From Minisyncoccota bacterium (GTDB lineage Bacteria; Patescibacteriota; Minisyncoccia; Phycocordibacterales; UBA9973), in contig JAIPHX010000002.1 of assembly GCA_021734995.1 (NCBI GenBank), positions 16,189 to 80,188 on the forward strand: 64,000 bases of DNA, written 5' to 3'. Under the pieces are notes generated by a model. It was given only the letters and a program-made list of their open reading frames with translations. It was not told the DNA's origin and did no database searches. How positions within the stretch are numbered: the first letter of the stretch is position 1; every line of letters starts with the position of its first letter. Shown in pieces: positions 52,587 to 63,494 of this stretch. A program made the position numbers and the translations under genes.

Positions 52587-54659
52587 TTAACGAAAATCTA
52601 CATTGGGCCAAATGTCTTTATTTACGTAAAATAAAATCCCATCTATTACATTAGAATCAGCATATTTGTTTAATTTTAACCTATTAGAAACCTTAATAAA
52701 ACTTTCTTTGTCTTTAATAGAATAAAAATATTTAAGGAAACTTACATAAATAGTGTTAACTTCTTTACTTTTTGTTAAGAAAAAACTTGGACTAAGATTA
52801 AAAGATTTTTCGAAAGAATATAAAGACTCTGCATATTTTTTTTGAAACATTAAATTTAATGCTAAGCCATAAATTACATCTGGTCTATTTGGAGCAAATT
52901 CTAATAATTTATTGAGATAATATTCACCTTTCTTTAAAGAATATTCATTATCCATATTTTTACCGTAATTAGAATATCCTCTAGCAATAAATACAAGAAA
53001 CCTTATATCAAATGGATTTTTTTTTACATAATCTTCTGCTTGCAAAAAAGCAGTATCTGACAATTTTACCAAAAACTGGTTCTCTTTATTATTCAAACCT
53101 TCTGTATAAGATAAGAAGTCTTCTCTTATGTTCATTTGGGCTGAAGTAAATGGTTTAAAAATTGAATCTAAATTTTCCGATATAATTTGTGGGTCGTCAA
53201 CATCTTTAAGTAATATATACTTTTTCATTTGAAAATATGCAGATAAATCATTTCTTACAAAAACAAAAGATGTAAATATACTTAGAACCAAAAAAAATGT
53301 GCCGTAATAAATGGTATCCGATTTATTAATTTTATTATTTTGCATGGAACGATAATTTCCTTCTTTTTTGTCAAAGTTTTCATATAAAAATAAGCAAACA
53401 ATGAAAGAGAATATGACAAATAGTGGTATTGATGTGACTATTTGATCTGGTGCAAAAGAAAGGTGAGTTAAAAGTGAAACAAAAAACAAAAGTAACCCCG
53501 CATTCAATAAAGAAGGTTCTTTCTTTAAGAGAATTGTTTTAAAGAAAGAAAAACAAATAAACAGAAAAGTGATTATCCCTAAAAAACCATTCATTACTAA
53601 AATATCAAGAAATTTATTATGCGATCTATCAAACCACCTCATTTCAAAATCAAATTGTTTTGGGTTAAAATACTGCCCATAAGCAAGGCTAAAGTTATCA
53701 GGACCCCACCCAATTAAAAACTTTTTTAAACCATTATTTACAGGATTTACAGACTGGAAGCTTGTTTTCATCGTAATTAATCTTGTTTGAGTAGTTGAAT
53801 CCTCTCCCCCTATTGTTGTTATTCTTGAAACTCCTGGAAACTTTTGCCAAAACAAATTTTCTCGTGTTGAGACAAAAACTGCTGAAAGAACAATAGCCAA
53901 AGAAAAAATTATAATAGATACTTTTCGTAAATTTATTTTTTTATAAAAGATATTCTTACCTTTAAAAAAAAGGTAAATTAAAATTGTAAAAAAACCAATA
54001 AATAACCCGACAATCGTCCCTCTAGTTTGAGTTACAAAAATCCCTAAAATAGATAAGATAAAAATAATTACTGCTGAATACCCCCAAAATTTATTTATTT
54101 TATCATTAAAAATAATCATAGAGCAAAAAATTGAAAAAAGGAGGTGTCCAGCTAAAAAAGTAGGATTATCTAAAAAAGAACTGGGTCTTGTGTCCCCACC
54201 AAAAAACTGCACAAATTCCTTAAACAACAAAAGAAAAGAAACAAGTAAACTTACTTTAAAAAAAATTATCCAGTCTTTCCTGTCAAAAATTAACAAACCA
54301 AAAACAAAAAAAGCAAACAGAAAGAGGACTCCAATTAGCCCTTCTCCTCTTTCAAGAGTTCCCCAAAAAGCATTATATTTATTGACAGCAAAAATCGTAC
54401 TTACAATAAAAATTAAAACAAAAGACAAGATAGCCCATACTAATGGATTATATAAAACTATTTTTATTTTTTTAATTATTAAATTACGGAATTCTTGTTT
54501 ATAAAAAAAGTTAATTAAAAATAAAATACTTATCAAAGTCAATAATCCTCTAGCAAAAGTATTTTCCCCTGTCACATAAGGGAAAAATCCAAATTTATTA
54601 ACTGCAAGAGGAGTAAAAGCAAGTGCCCACAAACATATTTTCATTATCTTGTCGATCAT
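52587..54659 (-). CDS. O-antigen ligase-like (Wzy_C) membrane protein with TPR tail
   Basis: Multiple TM helices, TQTRG, GWGPDNF, DRSHN. Confidence 0.85.
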   Translation of the reverse strand: MIDKIMKICLWALAFTPLAVNKFGFFPYVTGENTFARGLLTLISILFLINFFYKQEFRNLIIKKIKIVLYNPLVWAILSFVLIFIVSTIFAVNKYNAFWGTLERGEGLIGVLFLFAFFVFGLLIFDRKDWIIFFKVSLLVSFLLLFKEFVQFFGGDTRPSSFLDNPTFLAGHLLFSIFCSMIIFNDKINKFWGYSAVIIFILSILGIFVTQTRGTIVGLFIGFFTILIYLFFKGKNIFYKKINLRKVSIIIFSLAIVLSAVFVSTRENLFWQKFPGVSRITTIGGEDSTTQTRLITMKTSFQSVNPVNNGLKKFLIGWGPDNFSLAYGQYFNPKQFDFEMRWFDRSHNKFLDILVMNGFLGIITFLFICFSFFKTILLKKEPSLLNAGLLLFFVSLLTHLSFAPDQIVTSIPLFVIFSFIVCLFLYENFDKKEGNYRSMQNNKINKSDTIYYGTFFLVLSIFTSFVFVRNDLSAYFQMKKYILLKDVDDPQIISENLDSIFKPFTSAQMNIREDFLSYTEGLNNKENQFLVKLSDTAFLQAEDYVKKNPFDIRFLVFIARGYSNYGKNMDNEYSLKKGEYYLNKLLEFAPNRPDVIYGLALNLMFQKKYAESLYSFEKSFNLSPSFFLTKSKEVNTIYVSFLKYFYSIKDKESFIKVSNRLKLNKYADSNVIDGILFYVNKDIWPNVDFR

Positions 54660-54684
54660 ATAAATTTATGATAGCAAAATAAAC

Positions 54685-54720
54685 AACAAAAAACCACCCG
54701 CGAAGGGGTGGTTTTTTGTT
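54685..54720 (-). terminator. Intrinsic terminator of the S-layer-like gene
   Basis: AACAAAAAACCACCC-GCGAAG-GGGTGGTTTTTTGTT. Confidence 0.85.
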
Positions 54721-54762
54721 ACATATTTTCTATATATAATCAAAATCTATTACTAAATAATA

Positions 54763-56685
54763 TTATTTAGCTAACAATGTTGATGAAGTGTAGAAATCTG
54801 AGATTGTAGCAGTAGGATTATTATTTGGAGTACTTTCTGTTGTCTCATAAGATAATCCTGTCATAGTAACTTTACCATAAGCATCGTTACCCTTTAGAAC
54901 TACAGACAATGTAAATTGCTGTGATACACCTGCGTCAATTCTGTAAGAATTTGACTCAGTAATATTACTTAAGCTATCAGAACCACTGTATTGTACAATT
55001 GCACTAATTACAGTAGCACCACCTGTTACAGTATATTGAACACCTGCTGTTCCAGCAGTAGCATAACTAAATGAATCTTTTGGAACATATATTGCTGCAT
55101 CCTCTGGAGCAGTAATAGTGAATTTCAATGTAGCTGTATAAAGATCTTCTGCACCAGAACCAGTACCATCTGTATGTGTACTTGGTATTGAAGGTAATGA
55201 TGCACTAACCATTGCTAACAATGGTACACCATTTACAAATTTTTGAGCTGAACCAATAGCTGAACCTGTGTCTGATAAAACATCACCATTTGGTCCTTCA
55301 GGTGAGAAAGAAGCAAAACTTACTGTCAAAGCAGCACCTGATGTGAAATTACTTTGAGAATTAATTTTTGCGTAAACCTTAAATGTTTCTGTATCACCTT
55401 CTGACACAGTGAAAGTGTCGTCAAGAGTAAATGTCTCTGTTCCATCAAGATCAGATCCATCAAGTGTTGCTAATACATTTGAACCATTCTTCATTTGCAA
55501 CTCACCAACAATGTCAGAATAAGTATCTGCACCAGCTGTTGTCAATGCTGTTGTTATGTTAAGAGTATCAAATGTAACATCTGCACCTGTTGCTTTAATT
55601 TTAAACTCAAGCATCAATACATCAGTTGAAGAAGTATCAGATACTTCTACATTTTGAGTTGCAGGACTTCCTGTTCCCTTTGAAACAACAACCTTAACAT
55701 CTCCTGAGCTTGAAAGACTTTGGTATTGGAAAGAAGAAGTTTTTGAATAATCATCAGTTAAAATAACTCCTGTTCCGTCTTTAAAACGAATACTACTTGC
55801 TGTCATTGTCCAAGTTGCATTAAAGTCAGTAGAATCAATATTGTCATTTGCATCAACTGTTACATAGAAAGTTGCTTTATTTGAAGTTCCTTCTTTAACA
55901 ACTGCATCTGAAAGCGCTATTGTCTTTGAATAAGTATTTCCATCTTTTGCAAATTCAGAAACATCTGCAGAACCAACTTTTTTTGAACCCATCCATACAC
56001 TAACTGAATCAGCATAGTGATTTAGGCGGTATGAAGATGAGGATGCTCCGTCAGCAACTAAAGAAACTTTAAGGTTTGTAACTGCAATATCTGAACCGTC
56101 AGCTGTTACTTTGAAACCATGCACCTTAACGTCGCTAGCACCTTCATTAACATTAGTTTCAACATCTGTTGATGTTTCCACTATTGATGCATCTCCAGCT
56201 CCACCAGTCAAAGTAGTGTTTGCAGGTGTTTCACCACCTGTGCAAGAAGCACCATTTAATGGGCTAAATGCATATCCTGGCATACATCCAGCAACTGAAG
56301 AAGCAGCAACGGCACAGGATAGACCTGTTGTTGAACTAAATGGAGAAGTTGAAGTACATCCAGCAGGAAGATTTCCTACTACTACAGTAGATCCTGCTAA
56401 TGATGAACGAGTCATCATTCCAACTACACCGTCAGCAGACAAGCCTTTTGAAGCTTGGTATGACATAACAGCAGCTTTGGTCATAGGACCGAACTTTCCA
56501 TCAGCGTTAATACCTAATTTTGTTTGTAAACATGATACCTCTGCTCCCATTGAGCCTACTCTTAAAGTAGAAGACAATGAACATGCAGATTGCGCATTAG
56601 CTGTACTTGCAAAAGCACCTACAACTAACAAAGCAACTACCAACATTGTTCCTAAGAGGAATTTTGATTTTAGTAATTTACTCAT
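54763..56685 (-). CDS. Secreted peptidoglycan-binding, S-layer-like surface protein
   Basis: Signal peptide, PG-binding domain (ADGKFGPMTKAAV..YQ..GL.ADG), S/T/G-rich beta repeats. Confidence 0.8.
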   Translation of the reverse strand: MSKLLKSKFLLGTMLVVALLVVGAFASTANAQSACSLSSTLRVGSMGAEVSCLQTKLGINADGKFGPMTKAAVMSYQASKGLSADGVVGMMTRSSLAGSTVVVGNLPAGCTSTSPFSSTTGLSCAVAASSVAGCMPGYAFSPLNGASCTGGETPANTTLTGGAGDASIVETSTDVETNVNEGASDVKVHGFKVTADGSDIAVTNLKVSLVADGASSSSYRLNHYADSVSVWMGSKKVGSADVSEFAKDGNTYSKTIALSDAVVKEGTSNKATFYVTVDANDNIDSTDFNATWTMTASSIRFKDGTGVILTDDYSKTSSFQYQSLSSSGDVKVVVSKGTGSPATQNVEVSDTSSTDVLMLEFKIKATGADVTFDTLNITTALTTAGADTYSDIVGELQMKNGSNVLATLDGSDLDGTETFTLDDTFTVSEGDTETFKVYAKINSQSNFTSGAALTVSFASFSPEGPNGDVLSDTGSAIGSAQKFVNGVPLLAMVSASLPSIPSTHTDGTGSGAEDLYTATLKFTITAPEDAAIYVPKDSFSYATAGTAGVQYTVTGGATVISAIVQYSGSDSLSNITESNSYRIDAGVSQQFTLSVVLKGNDAYGKVTMTGLSYETTESTPNNNPTATISDFYTSSTLLAK

Positions 56686-57096
56686 AATAATTAAATTATA
56701 ATCCTTTGAAAATTTCTTTGATTTAAAATCTCAGAAAAAATCTCAGGTGTTATGTGCCATTAATTTAGTTTCGACTTGTCTCAATATTTTTATTATAAAG
56801 AGACAAAACTAAGAGCACATGATCTCTATCATTGTTTCCCTACCCGCCGAATTAATAATAAGTAGGCGGACCGAGAAACAATGAACAGATTAAAATTAAA
56901 ACGCAATCCGTGAATTTCAATTTGAATATTTTTAATATATTCAAAGCTACTCTCCACATCATGCAGTAACAATATAATATACTGGTGTAAACAATACAGC
57001 AATATATTATGTGGAAAACCTTATCACGCAAATTAAAACAATTTACGCAATTACATATATAGACGAGTTAGTCCACTAAATGTTACTTCATTTTTA

Positions 57097-57124
57097 AGTA
57101 TATCACAGATATATATCTTGTCAA
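57097..57124 (-). promoter_or_regulatory. Near-consensus sigma70 promoter for the S-layer-like gene
   Basis: TTGACA-16 nt-TATACT with an extended -10 TG. Confidence 0.7.
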
Positions 57125-57171
57125 ATAAAGCTGAAACGAGATTTTGGGTATTTTTGAACCCTATCGGACAG

Positions 57172-58059
57172 CTACTTATTTAGGACAAAATATCTACTCC
57201 ATCGCTTGTCTCCTTCTTTCTTAAGGACACCATCTTTGACCATAGATACTAGCTCTCTTTGGAGGGTTTTTTCGCTATAATTTGCCAATACCCCTACCCC
57301 CTTTTCTTTGATTTCTGTAATAGTCATTCCGTCTGTATTTTGGGTTGATTTTAAGATATTGATGATGTTTTCTCTCCTTCCCTTTTTAAGGACATCAAAG
57401 CTTTCTTTTGATCTTTGGCTTGTCTCGGACATAGAATTGCCTCCTGTTTGGTTCGCTTTTATGTTTCCTTTATAAAATCCCTGTCCTTTATCTTGTCCTT
57501 TGTAACCCCCTATTTGAGCTTGCTTGTTGTTTAAAAAATGAGTGCTTAAGTCTGGTGCATTTTTGGGTTCATTTAGAGATGTGTTTGCATTTTTTTTCTG
57601 CATAAATTCATCCATCCAATCTGTGTTGATTTGATTGAATTCTTGCACTGCTTTTTTTAGTTCAGCAAATTCTTTTTTTAAAATATTTAGATTCATCTCA
57701 GAGATAATATTGATAGAAAAAGCAATTTCTAAAAAAGATACAACCTCAGAGACTTTTGTCTCTATACTAGCAAAGAGACTCGCTTTACTGATTGTTCCTG
57801 TCCTATAGAAAGAAGATGCAGAATATATGTCCGATAGGAGTTCTGCACCTAGCAATCTAAGCTTTGTGCGAATTGGCTCGTCTCTGTCCAATATGTCTGT
57901 TACTAAATATAGGGCGGTAATGAGCTTGTCTGATTTTGTATATGAACCGATTTTGACATCAGAAGATAGATCTAAAGATTGATAAGAGACAGGCATAGAA
58001 TCTGTGTCTTTTAGAGTTTCGGTGGAGTTGTCCTTTAAGTTTTTTTCTTCTCCAAACAT
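57172..58059 (-). CDS. Hypothetical protein with helical N-domain and C-terminal winged HTH
   Basis: SEKTLQRELVSMVKDGVLKKEGDKRWSRY wHTH tail. Confidence 0.7.
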   Translation of the reverse strand: MFGEEKNLKDNSTETLKDTDSMPVSYQSLDLSSDVKIGSYTKSDKLITALYLVTDILDRDEPIRTKLRLLGAELLSDIYSASSFYRTGTISKASLFASIETKVSEVVSFLEIAFSINIISEMNLNILKKEFAELKKAVQEFNQINTDWMDEFMQKKNANTSLNEPKNAPDLSTHFLNNKQAQIGGYKGQDKGQGFYKGNIKANQTGGNSMSETSQRSKESFDVLKKGRRENIINILKSTQNTDGMTITEIKEKGVGVLANYSEKTLQRELVSMVKDGVLKKEGDKRWSRYFVLNK

Positions 58060-58152
58060 ATGTCCATTATATATAGGACACCAGAAAAAGCAAGGGGGAT
58101 ATATGTAATTTTTCTAAATTGAATTTTTTTAGAATACATATATAATAAAAAT

Positions 58153-58389
58153 ATGTTTGATTTATCCCAATACAAAATAGAATATAAAACAGACAAAGAA
58201 ACATCTCAAGTTATTGCTACTATTCCTGCCTTAAACCACATTTCTTCTTTTGGTGATTCTTTTTCAGAAGCAGAAAAAAATATTAAAGAAGCTGGTTTGG
58301 CGTATCTAGAAGCTATTAAAAAGAAAAATATTGCTCATTTACAAAAAGACCAAAAATATTTAAAAGTTCTCAGCTCAAAGTTTAGTTAA
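58153..58389 (+). CDS. hicB: HicB family antitoxin
   Basis: ATIPAL..ISSFGDSFSEAEKNIKEA. Confidence 0.85.
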   Translation: MFDLSQYKIEYKTDKETSQVIATIPALNHISSFGDSFSEAEKNIKEAGLAYLEAIKKKNIAHLQKDQKYLKVLSSKFS

Positions 58390-58399
58390 CAGAAAGTCT

Positions 58400-58621
58400 A
58401 TGCCAAAACTAAATAGACTTTCTTCAAGGAAAATAATAAAGAAACTCCTGAAGATCGGCTTTGTAAAATCTCATCAAAGAGGTAGTCATTTAGTCATGAT
58501 GAAAGAAAAGAAAATTGTTGTGATTCCCATACATGGATCCAAAGATATACCTATTGGTACACTTTACAATATTGTGGTAAAGCAAGCAGGGCTATCTATA
58601 GAAGAATTTAATAACTTATAA
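58400..58621 (+). CDS. hicA: HicA family toxin
   Basis: GF...QRGSH, VIPIH..DIPIGTL..I..QAG. Confidence 0.9.
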   Translation: MPKLNRLSSRKIIKKLLKIGFVKSHQRGSHLVMMKEKKIVVIPIHGSKDIPIGTLYNIVVKQAGLSIEEFNNL

Positions 58622-58642
58622 AAAAAGTGCTACAATATACAA

Positions 58643-60823
58643 ATGGCAAAGAAAAAAAATAAAAATAATTCTCAAAAAAATTCATCTTATACTCCCAGAA
58701 ATCCAGTCTTAAAAAGTGAGACCAAATACGGTATCTTGGCAGTCATTTCGTTTATGCTTTCTATCTTCTTCTTGATGTCTCTTTTTGATTTCGCGGGAAA
58801 AGCAGGAGAGCTTACTTATGAGTTCTTTCATTATTTAGTTGGAGTAGGATACATTCTACTGCCAATACTTTTAGGAATGCTTGGCTCTTCCCTACTAAGA
58901 GGAGAACAAACAAAATTTGGATGGATGCAAATGGTAGCATCTGCTCTCTTTCTTTTATCTGGACTTGGGATGATAGATGTCGCTTCAGGTACTCATGCAG
59001 GAGGAGCTATTGGTAAAGTTCTTGGTGTTCCTTTTGTAACAGTCTTTGATGTCTACGCAAGTATCATTTTCTTGGGAGCAATTCTTCTCATCTCAATATT
59101 TACTATGTTTGATACCAAGCCTGACCTTGTCCCAATATTCAAAAAAATCTGGGCATTGATCAGTCGCAAAAAAGAAATCCTAGATGAAAAGATCGAGCAA
59201 GTTTACAAAGATGAAGAAGTAGAGAGCAAAGAAGAAGAACCTGAGGTGGAAGAAAAAGAAGCTATCAAAAAAACAACCAAGAAAGAGGAATCTAAAGAAA
59301 GCAAAAATGAAGAGGAAGAATTTAATATTCTCAAAAGTTTGCGTTCCAAAACTTCATCAGGATACACCCCTCCCCCAATCTCTCTACTAGAAGAAGACAA
59401 AGGAAAACCAAACACAGGAGATGTAAAAGCAAACTCTATCATCATCAAACGCACTCTTCAAAACTTCGGCATTGAAGTAGAAATGGATGAAATCACTATC
59501 GGACCGACAGTTACAAGATATGCTTTAAAACCAGCAGAAGGAGTGAAGTTGTCTAAAATAATAGGTCTTCAAAATGATCTAGCCTTGGCTCTAGCTGCTC
59601 ACCCTATTCGTATAGAAGCCCCTATTCCTGGAAAGTCGTTGGTAGGAATAGAAATACCAAACAAAGCGAAGTCTATTGTAGGGCTTGCTACTATGCTTCA
59701 AGATGAGAAGTTTTACAATTCAGGCAAAGCTCTGACTGTCGCTCTTGGTAGATCTATTTCTGGTAAAGCAATGTTTGGTAATCTTGCAAAAATGCCTCAT
59801 TGTCTAGTAGCAGGAACCACTGGTAGCGGTAAGTCTGTGGCTATTCATGCTATTGTCGCTTCCCTACTATATAGAAATGGCCCAGATGACTTGAAGCTTA
59901 TATTGATAGACCCAAAGCGTGTAGAGCTTACTTTGTATAAAAACATTCCACACCTACTTACTCCTGTCATTACTGATGCTAAGAAAGCTATTCTTGCTTT
60001 GAAATGGGCAGCCAAAGAAATGGATAGACGATATGATATATTGGAGCAAGAGACAGTGCGAGATATCGGCTCTTATCATCAAAATATAATCAATAAAAAG
60101 ACAAAGAAGGATAAAGAAGGAGAAGAACCAGACAGAATGCCTTACATTGTCATTATTATAGATGAGCTCGCTGATATTATGAGTTCATATCCTAGAGAAT
60201 TAGAGTCTGCGATTGTGCGTCTAGCCCAAATGTCTCGTGCTGTCGGTATTCACCTTATCCTATCTACCCAAAGGCCAGAAGTAAATGTTATTACAGGTCT
60301 TATTAAAGCCAACATCCCTGCTAGAATTGCATTGAAGGTATCTTCTCAAATAGACTCTCGTACTATATTAGACGCAGGTGGAGCAGAAAAACTCCTTGGT
60401 GCAGGAGATATGCTATATTCTTCCGGTGAGGCCTCCCCTGAAAGACTACAGAGTGCCTTTATTTCTGAGACTGAAGTCAAAAAAGTTGTAGAATATCTTA
60501 CTGATGCATATAAAGATGAGCTTGCTTCTGAGATATTACTTTCTGAAGGATCCATCTCTCATGATAAAAGTATCTTTGATAGTAGTCTGGTAGATGAAGA
60601 CGAAGATGAGATGTACGAAGAAGCGCGTGCTTGTGTAGTAGAGGCAGGCAAAGCATCTACTTCATTCTTGCAAAGAAAGTTAAAGCTTGGCTATGCTAGA
60701 GCTGCTAGACTAATGGATATGCTAGAAGAGCGAGGAGTAGTCAGCGCAGGAGATGGAGCAAAACCAAGAGAAGTATTAGAAAAAATTGAAAGAGATTCTG
60801 AGGGGAATAATACTGTAATGTAA
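58643..60823 (+). CDS. ftsK: DNA translocase FtsK
   Basis: N-terminal TMs, RIEAPIPGK, AGTTGSGKS, DELAD, gamma domain LQRKLKLGYARAAR. Confidence 0.96.
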   Translation: MAKKKNKNNSQKNSSYTPRNPVLKSETKYGILAVISFMLSIFFLMSLFDFAGKAGELTYEFFHYLVGVGYILLPILLGMLGSSLLRGEQTKFGWMQMVASALFLLSGLGMIDVASGTHAGGAIGKVLGVPFVTVFDVYASIIFLGAILLISIFTMFDTKPDLVPIFKKIWALISRKKEILDEKIEQVYKDEEVESKEEEPEVEEKEAIKKTTKKEESKESKNEEEEFNILKSLRSKTSSGYTPPPISLLEEDKGKPNTGDVKANSIIIKRTLQNFGIEVEMDEITIGPTVTRYALKPAEGVKLSKIIGLQNDLALALAAHPIRIEAPIPGKSLVGIEIPNKAKSIVGLATMLQDEKFYNSGKALTVALGRSISGKAMFGNLAKMPHCLVAGTTGSGKSVAIHAIVASLLYRNGPDDLKLILIDPKRVELTLYKNIPHLLTPVITDAKKAILALKWAAKEMDRRYDILEQETVRDIGSYHQNIINKKTKKDKEGEEPDRMPYIVIIIDELADIMSSYPRELESAIVRLAQMSRAVGIHLILSTQRPEVNVITGLIKANIPARIALKVSSQIDSRTILDAGGAEKLLGAGDMLYSSGEASPERLQSAFISETEVKKVVEYLTDAYKDELASEILLSEGSISHDKSIFDSSLVDEDEDEMYEEARACVVEAGKASTSFLQRKLKLGYARAARLMDMLEERGVVSAGDGAKPREVLEKIERDSEGNNTVM

Positions 60824-60881
60824 ATTGGTCTTATGCAGGTAGGCAATCTTAGGAGGGTAAATAAAACAAATTGAAACAATT

Positions 60882-61226
60882 ATGGATACTGACGCAAAAA
60901 AAATACTGAAGTTTTCTTTTCTAGGTGTTTTTTTTATATTTATCATAGTATTCTCTTTCTTTAAAACAAAAGACCTTATCTTTGGTGTAAAAATATCTGG
61001 TGTAAATATCGTAGATGGATCCACAATAAAAGATAGTGTACTGAAGCTTACGGGAAACGCAAAAAATGCCTCCAAGTTGGTCTTAAATGGTAGAGAAATA
61101 TATATAGAAAAGGACGGAAACTTCAACGAGACAATTGCCCTGCTTTCGGGGTATAATAGAGTACACATCCAAGCGGAAGATAAATTCGGCAATAGAGATG
61201 AAAAAAATTATCAATTAATATATTAA
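60882..61226 (+). CDS. Membrane-anchored Ig-like domain protein
   Basis: TM helix, then LNG..I...G.F...L..G.N.V.I.A.DKFGN. Confidence 0.7.
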   Translation: MDTDAKKILKFSFLGVFFIFIIVFSFFKTKDLIFGVKISGVNIVDGSTIKDSVLKLTGNAKNASKLVLNGREIYIEKDGNFNETIALLSGYNRVHIQAEDKFGNRDEKNYQLIY

Positions 61227-61231
61227 ATTAT

Positions 61232-63409
61232 ATGGCAAAAAAAACCAAAAACGAGCCTAAGGACGAAGCAAAAGAGGCCGAAAAAAATACCGCAAAAAAA
61301 GAATCTGCGGGTGCTTCAATATTAAACGACACACTGAAAGCTCTTCAAGCAAAATTTGGAGAAGGCTCTATTATGAAGCTAGGTGATACTCCAAAAGTAA
61401 ACATCAACGCAATTCCTACGGGTTCTATGGGCTTAGATATGGCTCTTGGAGTAGGAGGAATCCCAAGAGGAAGAATTATAGAGATATTTGGACCAGAGTC
61501 ATCTGGAAAGACTACTCTTTCTCTACATATAGTAGCTGAAGCTCAAAAATTAGGAGGAGTGTGTGCATATATAGATGCAGAACACGCAATGGACCCAGAC
61601 TATACAAAAAAACTAGGAGTAAACATAAGTGAACTTCTAATTTCCCAGCCAGACACAGGAGAGCAAGCTTTGGAAATAGTAGAAAGCTTGGTGCGAACAG
61701 GAAAAATAGATGTGATAGTCATAGACTCCGTCGCTGCTCTTACTCCAAAAGATGAGATAGAGGGCGATATGGGTGCATATCACGTAGGAAAGCAAGCAAG
61801 ACTAATGTCTCAAGCTCTTCGTAAACTTACTGCTATTGTGGCTAGATCTAAAACCGTAGTTATATTCATCAATCAAATCAGAATGCAGATAGGCGTTATG
61901 TTCGGTTGCTTTTCTTATGACACAAAAATTATGCTAGCGAATGGCAAGAAAGAAAAAATTGGTACTATTGTAAACCAAACAAAAAAAGTAAAAGTTTTAT
62001 CTTATAATTTTGAAAAAAAATGTGTTGAAGAAAAAATGATTACAGATTGGCATATAAATGGTGAAACAGATAGTTTTTTACAATTTTTTATCCAAAATCA
62101 TACAGGAAATGGAAGGAGGGGGTTTTCTTGTACTCCAGATCATAAAATATATACACCTTATGGATGGAAAAAAGCTAAAGAACTAAAAGAGGGAGATGAA
62201 GTTTCTGTAAATATTACCGATACTTCTTTGACTGCTCAACAAGAGGAAATAATTATTGGCTCTTTGCTTGGTGATGGTAATATAAAAATGAATAATGAAC
62301 AAACTGCATATTTCAGAGAAGAACATGGGCCAAAACAAAAAGAATATGTCTCATGGTTGAGCAAAGAACTAGGTGATATCACAAGCAATGTTAATTTAAA
62401 CACAAGTAGAGACAACGCTATTGTAGAGACTAAGCATCTATTGAGAATAGGAGATTTATATGGATTGTTTTATCCTCAAAATAAAAAAATTGTCCCAGAA
62501 TTTTTAGTAGAACAAATAACACCAAGAATGATAGCTCTGTGGTATTGCGGTGATGGTACTCTACAAGGTGGCTATTCCAACTGGAAAGAAAAAAATTACA
62601 AAAGGACACCAAGAGCAACCCTTTATGCGAATGCATTTGGTGATGACCCTTTGAATGTTGACAGAATAGACAGAATGTTTAAAAAATTTAATATTAAAAC
62701 ATCCTGGAGAAAATGTGGGGTCTACAAAGTGCTTAATTTTAATGTTAAAGAATCTGAAAAATTCTTTGAGTTAATCTCCCCTTTTATTCCTAAAGTAATG
62801 GAATACAAACTTCCAGAAAAATATAAAGGAAGATATCATCAAACAAACGCAAACCAATCAGTTCAAAGCCAAATACTGAGAGGAATGAGAATAAAAAGTA
62901 TTCAGACAAGAATTCCATATCAAAATGGAGAAAGAATTAGCAAACAAAGATTTGATATTAGTGTAGCTGACAACCATAATTACTTTGTAGATGGCTGTTT
63001 GGTAAGCAACTCACCAGAAACTACCCCTGGAGGTAAAGCTCTTAAGTTTTACACTTCCGTCAGATTAGATATTCGCAGAACAGCTCAAATTAAAAAAGGA
63101 GAAGAGGTGGTAGGCTCTCGTACCAAAGTAAAAGTAGTCAAAAACAAAGTCGCCTCCCCTTTCAAACAAACTGAGTTTGATATTATTTACGGAGAAGGTA
63201 TTTCAAGAGAGGGTGAGCTAATCGCTCTTGGTGAAAAATATAAAATTCTAGATAAAAGCGGTTCTTCATATTCATACAAACCAGAAGTAGGAGAAGATAT
63301 GAAGCTTGGCAGAGGTTATGACGCTACTCGTACTTTTCTAAAAGAAAATCCTAAGGTTGCCGACCAAATCATGAAAGAAATCCGCAAAAAGTTTGCAGAA
63401 GAAGCCTAA
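61232..63409 (+). CDS. recA: Recombinase RecA with intein
   Basis: [24 protein letters not shown]|intein|[14 protein letters not shown]. Confidence 0.96.
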   Translation: MAKKTKNEPKDEAKEAEKNTAKKESAGASILNDTLKALQAKFGEGSIMKLGDTPKVNINAIPTGSMGLDMALGVGGIPRGRIIEIFGPESSGKTTLSLHIVAEAQKLGGVCAYIDAEHAMDPDYTKKLGVNISELLISQPDTGEQALEIVESLVRTGKIDVIVIDSVAALTPKDEIEGDMGAYHVGKQARLMSQALRKLTAIVARSKTVVIFINQIRMQIGVMFGCFSYDTKIMLANGKKEKIGTIVNQTKKVKVLSYNFEKKCVEEKMITDWHINGETDSFLQFFIQNHTGNGRRGFSCTPDHKIYTPYGWKKAKELKEGDEVSVNITDTSLTAQQEEIIIGSLLGDGNIKMNNEQTAYFREEHGPKQKEYVSWLSKELGDITSNVNLNTSRDNAIVETKHLLRIGDLYGLFYPQNKKIVPEFLVEQITPRMIALWYCGDGTLQGGYSNWKEKNYKRTPRATLYANAFGDDPLNVDRIDRMFKKFNIKTSWRKCGVYKVLNFNVKESEKFFELISPFIPKVMEYKLPEKYKGRYHQTNANQSVQSQILRGMRIKSIQTRIPYQNGERISKQRFDISVADNHNYFVDGCLVSNSPETTPGGKALKFYTSVRLDIRRTAQIKKGEEVVGSRTKVKVVKNKVASPFKQTEFDIIYGEGISREGELIALGEKYKILDKSGSSYSYKPEVGEDMKLGRGYDATRTFLKENPKVADQIMKEIRKKFAEEA
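61907..63010 (+). mobile_element. Intein with LAGLIDADG endonuclease in recA (368 aa)
   Basis: Starts CFSYDT and ends LVSN before a Ser; IGSLLGDG and LWYCGDG motifs. Confidence 0.93.
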
Positions 63410-63494
63410 GAAAATATCAGGGTTCTTCCCCTGTCTAGACAACAAAATATAAAAAGATTTGCAGAAGATGCCTAATTCTGTTAATATCGTTTAT

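Noticed and set aside
56111-56701. 196-aa plus-strand ORF and similar antisense ORFs (e.g. 5055-5555, 14414-14770)
   Set aside because: Antisense shadows of well-supported genes with no recognisable motifs.
56990-57020. Possible dif site (AATATATTATGTGGAAA)
   Set aside because: Only partial similarity to the XerD arm, and it forms part of a leader hairpin.
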